A DNA stretch of 34,040 bases from Octopus bimaculoides (taxonomy: Eukaryota). Under the pieces are notes generated by a model that saw nothing but the letters and a program-made list of their open reading frames with translations, did no database searches and was not told the DNA's origin. Position 1 is the stretch's first letter. Each line of letters begins with the position of its first letter. Positions 1 to 10,715 of the stretch are shown piece by piece. The translations under genes were made by a program, and so were the position numbers. The stretch lies in assembly GCF_001194135.2 (NCBI RefSeq), contig NC_068988.1:38616572-38650611 (forward strand), in the 5' to 3' direction.

Positions 1-340
1 AAGAGAACCCGTAAAACCCAAGAGAGACTTTGCTGTTGATACTTCTTGTGTAGCATCAATTTCAGTGGGGAGGTGTTATATGGACTGTTAGATATGTAAT
101 TCGTCTGACGTTCCGTGTGTCATGTGGTTCGTCTGAGTTCATTGTTTCATTGTTGTTGTCTTGTGGGACTGTCGTAGTAAAATGTCATTGATATATATAT
201 GGCGGACATGACTTTTGTTTATTCATAACGAACATTGGGTGAGTGCGTTCTTTGTATGTAATTGAACAATAAATGTAATAAATAAACTGTATAACTCGTT
301 ATGTTATCTCTACGAGTCACCCGAGGGAAACATAACATAT

Positions 341-377
341 AATATATATATGTGTGTGTGTGTATATATGCATATAT

Positions 378-416
<39 letters not shown>

Positions 417-455
417 CATACATGTATATATGTATGTATGTATGTATGTATGTAC
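341..455. repeat. Compound microsatellite (TA/TG/CA/TATG)
   Basis: Adjacent (TA)n, (TG)n, (CA)n and (TATG)n runs read directly. Confidence 0.95.
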
Positions 456-1539
456 GTTGTAGCAGAACTGTTTAATGCATTGATTTGATTGTAATATCAG
501 ACATCTTGCCAATTTGGTTGTTTTGACCTTAAATACTGGAGAATCTCCTCCCCAGTGCTTTTCTTAGCATCAAGTTAGATGATTCAGTTGTTGGCCAAAT
601 TAGTTCTAAGTATTGGTCGGTTTTAACTGTCCAATCGGGTATTTGCGATAGACGTAGTTTCCAACGCGGGAATAAACCATTTTTACCCATGGTTATATAA
701 GCACGAGGTTGTCCCTGTTCTTGGTCTATTTGGGATTAGCCGCCGATAAACAGACAACAGCTATGTCTCGGCTTTTTTCAACCAGTCGCCACCCGTCTTC
801 ATCGTTGCAGCAACAGACCGCAGACCACAGTCACATTATCAGACCCAGCAGAACTGAAATCATTTGAATGTTTGTTCTAGACTGTAGTATTAATATCATT
901 CCCTTCGGCAATTTTCTATTATTTTAACGAGAGGAATAAATTGTCGTTTGTTCAACATAATCAAATCTTATCGTTCTTCTTTCCACACTACATCGTTATA
1001 AGTAATAACCTATGAACTTTCAGGATGGTGTAAATGAGATGTACCACTAATTTTTGTGTGAAGAATGCAATAAAGAAATGAGACATTTTAGCATTAACAT
1101 ATTTTTTATTGTTGTGAGTGAAAGCATTTTGTTGTGAGTGTTTCAGTCAAAATATATACAATACTCATATGGAGAGTTCATAGAAAATACTGGAGTTAAC
1201 ACAGCTTAAGCAAAACAGTTTGTAAATAACCAGTATACGTTGCTGAACATGTGGTCAGAGAAATAATAGAAGTCGGAACATTTCAATGTAGCTCGTGCAT
1301 GTTGTCCTGGCGGAGAAAAAGACTGAGAGAGTGATCTGTGCTTCTTGGCGTCTTAACAATGAGAGAGAAAGAGAGGGAGAGGGGGGGGGGAGAGAAAGAT
1401 CAGAACCATCGGAATATATAGGCGTCAGCTGCGACGTTACCTGGGGTCGTTTACCAGCAAAGGGACGTAATTAATCTAAATACGCTAGTCTACTACAAAC
1501 TCTTCTCGTTATAATGTCTTTGTGCTTGAGTATGTCTCC

Positions 1540-1722
1540 TACCACCGCTTGACAACCGGTGTTGGTATGTTTATGTCCCCGTAACTTAGCGGCTCAGTAA
1601 AACAGAACGATAAAATAAGTTCAAGTCTTTAAAAAAAAGCCCTGGGGTCGATTTGTTCGACTAAAAACTCTTCAAGGCGGTGCCCCAGCATGGCCAGTCA
1701 AATGACTGAAACAAGTAAAAGA
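1540..1722 (+). mobile_element. SINE family A, 3' half (octopus OR2/CORE-like tRNA-derived SINE)
   Basis: ccgcttgacaaccggtgttgg...ctggggtcgatttgttcgact...ccagcatggcc..gtcaaatgactgaaacaagtaaaaga. The same 3' segment recurs at 5713-5835, 9515-9700 (-), 20630-20812 and 27730-27778. The family name is from memory of octopus SINEs and is unverified. Confidence 0.85.
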
Positions 1723-2158
1723 GCAACAGGTTAAAGACACTATATGCAAATTAACCAAATTCAAAAACAGTGTTTCAATACAGGGTACAGTATATTGCAT
1801 GAAATGGATTTCCCGGTTTTCTGGAGGCCGGCAAGCTTATGAGCTATGTTCTTTGATTGTCATCTGCTTCTGATTGAAAACTTCTGTTGCTTGAATGTGT
1901 GTGTGTGTGTGTGTGTGTTGCACCAATGTTGCCGGAACGAGTAATTGCTTAGTTTACTGAAGGCTGTGTATAATAATAATAATTTAATAACACTAAGCAA
2001 ACATTTAAACAAGATTTATTATCGTTGCCAAGACATATGAAGTTAGTCATGCAGTGCAAATATACACATAGAATTCGGCAAGATGAACGAAATATAATAT
2101 AACGTACAAAATAGCTGGATATTAGAATTTACCATTGGGACTGGAGTAAACGCAAGGA

Positions 2159-2197
<39 letters not shown>

Positions 2198-2385
2198 CAT
2201 ACATACACACACATGCACCGCCACATTGTCTTTCATTACAATTGCATATCGGTTAAGTATGCAATCGTTAGAGCGGTTAAGATAGTGTATTTCATACCGC
2301 GACAAAGGACACACTAACGTTGAAAAGGATTTTGTTTATAGGCTTTGTAGGGAGCTGTTCTAAGCCCTTCCAGAATTATCTTTCA

Positions 2386-2658
2386 TGTAAAGTCTGGTTT
2401 CTGATTGGACAGTAACTCGGCTGCAGATATGATCAATCCGTTATGTCGTAACTTGAAATCCGTAATGTAGCAACGCGAGTTCGCATCCTGTTACACACTC
2501 TTTCACTCAGTCTCCCATCCGTGTGAAGTCTGGCTTCTGATTGGACAATAACTCGGTTGTACACATGTTCAAGACGTTGCTATATCGTGACTTGAAATCT
2601 GTAATGTAGCAACGCGAGTTCGCGTCCTGCCACACTCTTTTCACTCATTCTCTCCTCC
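2386..2658. repeat. Diverged two-copy tandem duplication, period about 136 bp
   Basis: tgtaaagtctggtttctgattggacagtaactcgg at 2386 and tgtgaagtctggcttctgattggacaataactcgg at 2522. Both units also share gtaatgtagcaacgcgagttcgc and acactct. Confidence 0.9.
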
Positions 2659-2742
2659 ATTGCGCTTGTCCTCAGTCTTCGATCTCTGACAGCAAACTCA
2701 ATATTAACTTACAAATGCATATCTACACATAAGTGTGACCCC

Positions 2743-3553
2743 CGACTTTGTTTCCTCATAACTCTCAGAAATATTGGTATTTTTAGATGAAATTTTCTGC
2801 AGAAACCTTTCAGATGGTGTAGTATACCATGGCTATTCCATAAGTTCTGTCCGAATTTTGAATAAAGAAAACAAGGGATCAAATATTATATTTAATTGAA
2901 ATTTTATCATCAATGTCCTTTTCCTGATTGTCTATGACTTACTTCCATCTATTTACAAGTTATGTCCCCAAATGATTCTGTAAACTACGAAACAAATGGT
3001 AGTCTGAAGGAGCAAGGTCGGGAGAATAAAGTGGATGAGGAATTTTTTCCCAACCAAACTCTTCGATCTTTTGTGATGTGATCTTTGCAGTGTGGGGTCG
3101 CGCATTGTCCTGATTAAACATTACTCCTTTTCGATTCACTAAAGCAGGTCTCTTTTTCTTCAAAGCTTGGTTCAAACGCTCTAATTGCTGACAGTAGATT
3201 TGAGCATTGATTGTTGCATTAGGTGGTAACAATTTAAAGTGAATTACTCCTTTGCAATCCCATTTTGTGTGTGTGTGTATGTGTGTGTGTGTGTGCGTGC
3301 GCGTGTGTGTGCGTGCGTGTGTGTGCGTGCATGTGCGACGCAGGCGTGAGTGTGTGTGTGCGTGCGTGCGTGCGTGTGATGTATGTCAGTATGTAAGTCT
3401 GAGTGCCCACTCATTTTTTTTTTTTTTTGCTGATTCTTTTTTTCACGTTAAATTCAATATAATCGTCATCTGCACTATCTGAAAGGTATTTGTAGAAAGC
3501 TTCATTAGAATAATATTATCATTTTTCAGAAAGTTATGAAGGAATAAAGTTGA
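2743..3553. mobile_element. Palindromic MITE-like element, copy 1 (inverted arms 2743-2822 and 3375-3553) enclosing a mariner remnant and a GT/GC microsatellite
   Basis: Left arm cgactttgtttcctcataact...ctttcagatggtgtag. The reverse complement of the right arm is caactttattccttcataact...ctacaaatacctttcagatagtgcag. Homologous arms occur at 13921-14410 and 30012-30510. Confidence 0.75.
2825..3263 (-). mobile_element. Mariner (DD34D) transposon remnant: C-terminal transposase fragment plus one terminal inverted repeat (TIR)
   Basis: Minus strand reads WDCKGVIHFKLLPPNATINAQIYCQQLERL...DNARPH...YSPDLAPSD, with 34 residues between the last two catalytic Asp. NRWK*VIDN follows after an apparent internal deletion. 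A TIR-like end ccatggctattccataagttctgtccgaatttt lies next to TA at 2823-2826. The 5' half is missing. Confidence 0.93.
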
Positions 3554-3562
3554 GCGGGTTAT

Positions 3563-3700
3563 GTAATTGTCTATATATTTTTTCTCCATACCTAAAGCCC
3601 CAACGAATATAGGAACAACTTCTGTCTTCTCTCTGAAAAGTTGATGATGCAAAGTTCTGCAGGTCTTTTGCTTCTTTCTTGGGAACTATAAAAAGAAAAC
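3563..3700 (-). mobile_element. C-terminal remnant of an R4/Dong-like REL-endonuclease non-LTR retrotransposon
   Basis: Minus strand reads EKTEVVPIFVGALGMEKKYIDNYI, matching the xPIxxGALG motif that ends REL endonuclease domains. It is frameshifted upstream and cut at about 3560 by the MITE arm. Confidence 0.55.
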
Positions 3701-3899
3701 CTTCTTTCGTGAGTGTGTATTTGTATGTTAATGAAAATACGTGCAGATGTACCTAACCGGCCAATGTACTCTTCTTCCACTTTTGCTTACCCTGTCAATA
3801 TGAAATGCATTGTTGATGGATAATGCATTATGTTTATGTGTGGAGTGCCTTGCTGTGGCAGAAGAGAAAGGAGAGTGTTGTGGTAAGGGAATAGACTTG

Positions 3900-4515
3900 A
3901 CGAAAGCCTATTTAAGTCGATCTCCTGTCTCCCCTGAATGCTCAAAACCATATACGATGGTTTAGCTTTTTTAACACACTATACGGGTCAATAAACTGCT
4001 TGCAAAGGTGCTTAACTGCATCGTTGCATTCAAATATGTGAGTTCAGGTGTTGATATTGGTTGGAACAAAAGCTAATCGACTGCGATCTCATTATTAACG
4101 CAGGTAACGCCACCATGTAATTTCCTAGTTGATCATTATAGTTGGTAGGATCATCTTGTTGAGTAGCTTGTAGCCAATATCGTTTGATCAGATAGTTTAA
4201 GTACCGAACCATACAGTAATTCTGTTGGGAGTAACCTAGGTCTTTCTTAAAAGTGATACGTAAACCTAGTAATACACCATCCGAATTGGAAAATGCTAGT
4301 AAAGCCACTTTAAGCTGTTGTTGAAAACGTTCTATAATTCCGTTAGATATGAGGTGATAAGCAGTAGAACGAATTCGAAGCGTTCTTAGCAGGTTAGATA
4401 GGTCGGCAAAAACACTCGATTCGACCTGACGACTCCTGGCGGTTGTTATTTTCATAATAATGTACCAGAGAACATGTTTTCAAATCGTAACCAAAACGAT
4501 CTATGACTGCTGAAA
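3900..4515 (-). mobile_element. Degraded Ty3/Gypsy integrase (catalytic core to GPY/F region)
   Basis: ORF 4030-4455 has ITTARSRQVES (decayed ITTDRGxQFES), RSTAYHLISNGIIERFQQQLK and VLLGLRITFKKDLG. IDRFG lies upstream in another frame and DAVKHL..DPYSVLKK (GPY-like) downstream. The catalytic D has decayed to A and there are several frameshifts. Confidence 0.88.
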
Positions 4516-5570
4516 AAGAAAAAACAGAAACATTTATACTATACTTTGAATTCTTTATGAATTTGTCGATAACAGAACATAACACTAGGAATTCAAAAAT
4601 TGTATCATTACAGACATGGTTCAAGTTTCTCATAGAAGACGACATAACACGAGAAAGAAATGATATACATAAAAAGGTTTGAGTGAAAGAAGAATTCTTT
4701 TAAAAGAAAGACATTGATGCAACGATTATGAATGACGGTTTTTAAAACACATTTATCAATGGTGTTAATAAAAAGACAAAACTGAACGTTTGAACTTGTA
4801 TTGCTGTAGCAAATCTATCTATCACTCTCTAATAATGTAGACTTCTCTCTCTTACTCTCTTTTTGTTTTCCATTCCTCTCTCTCTTTATATACATATTTC
4901 TCCATTCAAGTTATTACCTCTTTTGATGACATAAGCGTAATACACGGAGAAGCCAGGCAAGAACAAGCAGAATAATATTATAATATTTTAAGTTTAGAAT
5001 AATGATTGATTTTTTTTATATTGAATTGTATTATATTTGATTTTGTCTCATACGACACCTAGTACTCTGTATCATACGTTCAGTTGTGTATCAACAATTC
5101 AAGAAAATGGAAGGAGTTTTGTGACTGCTATTAATGCAATATGTTTTTACAGTCTACGATTTTGAATTCTCGAACTGGAAGTAAATTAGATATTGGCAAT
5201 GCGCTGTGTCGTAATAAGTAGGCACTTGTTAAGACAATTTAATTGTGACAAATGAGTAAACTCAACGTGTAATGACATAATAGTTTTCCATTTTGCAGAC
5301 TAACCTAATATCATAAAATTAATTCATTGAATATAGAAATAAAGTTTTAAATGCTTTTATTTGGAATTTATTATACATTTTAAATTATATAAATTCGTCT
5401 TGAATAACTTCAGTAAGTTAGTTATTGTTTTAAATATTTCTACAATATTTTCCAAAATATTAGTTAATTTTTAACGCACAGAATAGAAAATATCTCGTTA
5501 TGAATAAATGATTAAGTTTGTCAAAGAACATCCGCAGAACCTGGATATAGTAACAGGAATAGGAAAGCAA

Positions 5571-5835
5571 GCAGGAGTGGCTGTGTGGTAGCTTGTAGCC
5601 TGCTTACAAATCACATGGTTCCGGGTTCAGTCTCACTACAGGGCACCTTGGGCAAGTGTCTTCTACTATAGCCTCGGGCCGACCAAAGCCTTGTGAGTGG
5701 ATTTGGTAGACGACAAAAGGAACCGATAGAATAAGTACTAGGCTTACAAAGAATAAGTCTTGGGGTCGATTTGCTCGACTGAAGACGGTGCTCCAGCATA
5801 GCCGCAGTCAAATGACTGAAACAAGTAAAAGAATA
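5571..5835 (+). mobile_element. SINE family A, internally deleted copy
   Basis: Pol III A box tggctgtgtggt (5578), B box ggttcagtctc (5624) and CORE-like ccttgggcaagtgtcttct. It then jumps at about 5712 directly to the 3' segment, without the internal microsatellite seen in the 9515-9965 copy. Confidence 0.9.
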
Positions 5836-5970
5836 AAGGAATAATTCCACACAAAAAAATTTAAGTGAGTGGGGAGTATAATGAATCTTTTTTCCTTTTA
5901 CAATATTGACTTATTTTCGTTTGGAGACACAAAGAACACTGTCCAGTATGCTTAATTCATAAACGAATAT

Positions 5971-6069
5971 TCGATAAATTAAGTACCAGTTGTGTACTGG
6001 CGTCGATCTAATCGACTGGTCCCCTCCCCTAAAACTTCGGGCCTTGCGCCTAGAATAGAAAAGAATATT
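5971..6069 (+). mobile_element. SINE family B, 3' part
   Basis: tcgataaattaagtaccagttg..tactgg.gtcgat.taatcgact is the reverse complement of the segments at 21259-21305 and later copies. Confidence 0.8.
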
Positions 6070-6115
6070 TGGCGAGCAAAAGCTGAAGCCTGCTAAATTA
6101 ATAAACAATTATCTG

Positions 6116-6179
6116 AAAGCGGCGAGCCGGTAGAATTGTCATCATTCTGGACAAGATACTTAACAGTATTTCTTTTGAT
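6116..6179 (+). mobile_element. SINE family B, diverged 5' head, truncated by gap
   Basis: aaagcggcgagccggtagaattgtca resembles the head aaggtggcgagctggcagaatcgttag (reverse complement of 21400-21426). Confidence 0.6.
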
Positions 6180-6293
6180 NNNNNNNNNNNNNNNNNNNNN
6201 NNNNNNNNNNNNNNNNNNNNNNNNNNNNNNNNNNNNNNNNNNNNNNNNNNNNNNNNNNNNNNNNNNNNNNNNNNNNNNNNNNNNNNNNNNNNN
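6180..6293. other. Assembly gap (N run)
   Basis: Run of n. Confidence 1.
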
Positions 6294-6429
6294 TTAATAT
6301 TGTGTAAAAGGAAACAAACATATAAAAAGAAAATTTATACATAAACTTGATCGGTTTGCGTTTTAGCCACTGCCGGGTAGTGTGCTTAATTTGTTCACTG
6401 AACACCGCCGCGAATTCCCCCTTGTTTTT

Positions 6430-6503
6430 CAAAAATCTGCCCTAAATCACAAAATAAGGAGGGGGAAATCTGCCCTATTTTTCAAATCCTGGCAGCAACA
6501 CTG
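6430..6503 (-). mobile_element. Possible DNA-transposon end (hAT-like CAGTGTTGC terminus)
   Basis: Reverse complement begins cagtgttgctgccaggattt, and a subterminal direct repeat aaatctgccct occurs twice. The partner end is not found and may lie in the gap. Confidence 0.3.
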
Positions 6504-7085
6504 TAGCTGGAAGCAGGATAATAATCTTATTCTACACTTTATCACATTCAAGAATATAGATACGTTTCTAAGCACAACACACGCAGAATAAAAAAGAAAC
6601 ATTACCTTTCACCAGCACATCGGGGTCAGCACTGCGTGAACGACAGAGCTGTCTCTCCCTAGCGTGAAGCTTCATATTTCGGACATATGAACATTCGCAC
6701 GACAGCCAAACACCGCGTCGCTGGAACTGTGAAGCGCACAGTTTTATACAAAGATAAACGAGGGGGATGGCTACTGACATTAAGCTTAAGTATTATATAA
6801 TGTACAAGTATAAAGAAGGAATTAAAGAAAATAGGACTCATTATATTGAATGTTATCGAGAATATCGAGTGAAAATAAGGGGTGCTGCAGTTCCGCAATG
6901 CCTATACACGAGCCACCACCGACCAGTTTAGCACTGGAGTAGATGTAAGTAGCAAGTTCCTTCCAGCAAAGTTTCAAGTATTGTATCTAGAATAGAAAGA
7001 AAAAAAATTAAACAGTTATCTTGGTATTAGACGTGATTACTCAGCAGATAAATCTTTACTGTGTTCTCTCTCTCTCTCTCTCTCT

Positions 7086-7578
7086 NNNNNNNNNNNNNNN
7101 NNNNNNNNNNNNNNNNNNNNNNNNNNNNNNNNNNNNNNNNNNNNNNNNNNNNNNNNNNNNNNNNNNNNNNNNNNNNNNNNNNNNNNNNNNNNNNNNNNNN
7201 NNNNNNNNNNNNNNNNNNNNNNNNNNNNNNNNNNNNNNNNNNNNNNNNNNNNNNNNNNNNNNNNNNNNNNNNNNNNNNNNNNNNNNNNNNNNNNNNNNNN
7301 NNNNNNNNNNNNNNNNNNNNNNNNNNNNNNNNNNNNNNNNNNNNNNNNNNNNNNNNNNNNNNNNNNNNNNNNNNNNNNNNNNNNNNNNNNNNNNNNNNNN
7401 NNNNNNNNNNNNNNNNNNNNNNNNNNNNNNNNNNNNNNNNNNNNNNNNNNNNNNNNNNNNNNNNNNNNNNNNNNNNNNNNNNNNNNNNNNNNNNNNNNNN
7501 NNNNNNNNNNNNNNNNNNNNNNNNNNNNNNNNNNNNNNNNNNNNNNNNNNNNNNNNNNNNNNNNNNNNNNNNNNNNNN
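7086..7578. other. Assembly gap (N run) preceded by (CT)n
   Basis: Run of n. Confidence 1.
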
Positions 7579-7796
7579 ATGGAATCACAAATTGTTCACA
7601 GAAAGTTCTATCCAGACGACGTGAGCAAAATTCCACTGTTAAATTATATGCTATATAGAAAAAAAATCTACAGAAATTTGCAATAACCTATATGCGCAAC
7701 AATTTGAAATAATTAAAATTTTCAATTTGCAAGTCGGCTAGACGAATCGACTGACATTACACATACGGCCCCGACTTATGGTATTTGTTACGTATT

Positions 7797-7927
7797 ATGG
7801 GCGGACCCGAGGGAGGAGGCTTAGGGGCACGTGCCCCCTCAAGAAAAGAAGTACGCCCTTTTCTCCTGGAATTGTATTCCCTTCTGGCCTTGTGCCCTCC
7901 CTTCGAAAAATTCTTGGGCTGCGCCTG
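7797..7927. mobile_element. Small GC-rich MITE-like element with degenerate TIRs
   Basis: Left end gggcggacccgag...ggggcacgtgcccc. The right end reverse complement is caggcgcagcccaag. It is a GC-rich island in AT-rich flanks, and no target-site duplication is resolved. Confidence 0.45.
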
Positions 7928-8805
7928 CATATTAATATGAAAGCAGTGTGTCTTAGGTCTTACTATTGATGTACAGCAGATAAAGAATTTCTCCGCAAGT
8001 GATCTTTTTTTTTCCCCTTTCAGGAAATAAGTCTGCAATGGTATATATGTTGGAATACGTACGGAAAAAAATGTATTTTAAGTTGAATCTGCAGGCAATG
8101 CACATGTATCATTCAATCATTGTTTGATTCATCGAGCAGCATTAGTACCTCGACCTCGCTAAAAAGCCAAGAGAAAAGTATTCTTCAAATCTCGGTATGG
8201 TAATAAATTTAGTCGAAATTATCGACTTCATTAAAATTCGTGCACTCGTTAGCCATATGAATGCAAATGTATGTCAAGATATGGGAACAGAGTTAAGTGA
8301 ACTTTTACTGTCTACAGAAATTCAATGGTTTTCAAAGAGCTGAATATAAAGACGGCTAGTAGATTTTAAAATGAAAACAATACAAATTAATGCTGTTTTT
8401 AGCAGAAAAGAACTAAAATCTTGCCGAATTCTTTCATGATGAGAATTGAATTTGAAAATTCTACCTGTTTGATATAGAGAGAAGCTTAACCCTTTATCTC
8501 TCCCTTACATCATGTGATACACGGGACATATTTCCCTGGTGTTCGTGCATCATACATGATAAACATACCAATTTTTTTTTTTAACCGCTAGATTAACTAG
8601 GAACTTATGAAGGAAAAGCTTTATATTACTCAGAATGCCTGAAAACAAGCGTGGGCGTTTAAGACAATCTTATTAAAATGCTTTGGATAGGCAAAGGATT
8701 AACATGTTTAAGAAAGGGGATGGAAAATCCATATTTTCTCTTTGAAATGTATTGTATATAAAACTGGAGTGTTTGTGAAACAAATAAAAAGACAGCACAA
8801 AAGTA

Positions 8806-8990
8806 CCGTATTTTAACGTGTATAAGGAACCCTTTTCTTTTTGTCAAAAACTAAGTTTAAAAAATACACGAGTTTCTTATACATGAAAAGTACTATAATC
8901 CCTTACAAAACCTTTTTTTCCAAATTTTAAGCCCCCAAAATTAAGGGGGTTCCTTATACACAAGGGTTCTTTATACACTTTAAAATACGC
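8806..8990. mobile_element. Tc1/mariner-superfamily MITE (185 bp) with TA target-site duplication
   Basis: Left TA+ccgtattttaacgtgtataa. Right end reverse complement TA+gcgtattttaaagtgtataa (18/20 identical). The subterminal gtgtataa(a/g)gaaccc is repeated. Confidence 0.9.
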
Positions 8991-9514
8991 TACGTAGTAT
9001 AAAATGAAAAATTTGAATTGCACTCATGTAGTTTTGTCAGTAAAAATAACTTTAATTCCATTAAGTATGATCAAGTATTTGGAGTGTATGGCAAAGTAGT
9101 TCTGCTAATACATTCTACCAGGCATAAACAGCTGTAAATTAACTTGGGTCTAAATGCCATTTACCATAGTAAGAGAAATGGCAGCTGCTAGGCGATTCAG
9201 GTCTGAAGCTTACATTTTCGAAAGCAAAAGCGTTTTTCTTGGTTGAATGTGAAATCAAGATTTCTAATGCGTTTTAAATTAGCGACGGCAACTCTTCTAG
9301 TATTTTTCCCCATATATTCATGTATTTCCAGCTTTAATGGCAAAACACCGTTCACACGTTTAAGAACGGAGGAATTCACTTAAGACTATATTTGTCATAG
9401 CTTGATGTATTTTTCTGAAACAAACATTTTTATCCTACTGAACATATTCGCACGCGTGCGTGCATATATTGCTATTATAAAAGTTCTATGTAGTCTATTA
9501 TTGTATTTTTTTAT

Positions 9515-9965
9515 CTTTTACTTGTTTCAGTCATTGAACTGCGGCCATGCTGCGGCACTGTCCAGTAGGATGTTAGTTAAACAAATCGACCCCGGTACTT
9601 AATTCATTATATAAGTATGGTACTTATTCTATCGGTCTCGTTTGATGGACTGGTAATTTACAGAGACATAAACAAACCAACACCAGTTGGCAAGTGATGG
9701 GGAGACAGCACAGGCACAAAAACACATAAAAATACATACATACAAACATACATACATACATACATACATGCGTACATACATGCATGCATGCATACATACA
9801 TACATACATACATATGTCCGACGAAATTCCACATAGTTTATATCTACCAAATTCACTTACAAGGAATTGGTCGGCTCGGGGCTATAATAGTAGAAGACAC
9901 TTGCCCTAGGGTACTCCACAGTAGGACTGAACACGAAACCACGTGATTGCAAAGTGAGTTGCTTG
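9515..9965 (-). mobile_element. SINE family A, near full-length with internal (TATG)n microsatellite
   Basis: Plus strand shows tcttttacttgtttcagtcatt (3' tail), tacttattctatcggtctc, a (CATA)n/(TGCA)n block at 9733-9815, and gtagaagacacttgccc..aggactgaac (CORE-like segment and B box). Confidence 0.88.
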
Positions 9966-10148
9966 TTTATGACTCAGATACTACAAAACTAATGAAAGAT
10001 GTCTCAAAATTTAGTCTACCTCTTAAACGAAAATTTTGAGTTATACGAGGTTTGTTCGTTGAACGTTTTGTTGTCCTATTATCAAACGTTATTGCAAGAA
10101 CCGTAATTGCAGATAATCAATCAATCAATCTATTGCTTTTTTCTGAAA

Positions 10149-10311
10149 TCCTTTTGTCACCATTCGCAACCACTTCAATGACACGTCCTCTCTACTCCAG
10201 GTCAACTTCTGATTTGATTGAGGTCTAGTTTTCTAGCTTCAGACATCTCTAAAGCTGTCCTAGAATAGAGAGGACATGTGACTGAAGATGTCGCGAATGG
10301 CGACGAAAGGA
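10149..10311. repeat. Imperfect inverted repeat / hairpin (arms about 53 bp, spacer about 57 bp), probable MITE
   Basis: Left arm tccttttgtcaccattcgcaaccacttcaatgacacgtcctctctactccagg. Right arm reverse complement tcctttcgtcgccattcgcgacatcttcagtcacatgtcctctctattctagg. Confidence 0.85.
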
Positions 10312-10485
10312 CTTTGGCAAACACAAGTAATTTCGAACTCAAGGCAACGCTTTTGGACATTACTCTTGGTTATCCTTCAAAATCTTCTGATACGTTTCAA
10401 CCTTTTACATTCCAAATAACTTCAACAATACCACATCTTATGCACCAGAGGAAGTTATTTGTATTTTCAATGAATATTGTCTTAA

Positions 10486-10487
<2 letters not shown>

Positions 10488-10526
<39 letters not shown>

Positions 10527-10715
10527 TGAGGAAAAGCGCTTACTCCTGCTCCTGACGGATGACATCTTTGCACCACTAAGGCGACAACCCTCCAACCCAA
10601 GGGTCTGTTGGGGTGTCGCAGCTGGTGATAGTTCTACGAGGTCGGAGTGCAAATCCTGCCTCAAACTCTTTTAGTTGCCTTTTACGACACGCAGAGAAAG
10701 CGTTGGGCCTATTCT
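10488..10715 (-). mobile_element. Probable retroposon 3' fragment ending in a (TAC)n tail
   Basis: GC-richer segment containing gcgtgtcgtaaaaggcaactaa, similar to a motif I recall from invertebrate SINEs, running into (TAC)n (plus-strand (GTA)n at 10488-10527). The microsatellite is certain, the retroposon call is inference. Confidence 0.4.

Noticed and set aside
984-1080. ctttcaggatggtgta resembling the palindromic MITE arm
   Set aside because: The match is too short and no partner arm is found.
8000-8046. Strong acceptor tttttttttcccctttcAG (8023) with a possible 17-nt microexon
   Set aside because: The donor (atg|gtatat) is weak and there is no supporting gene context.
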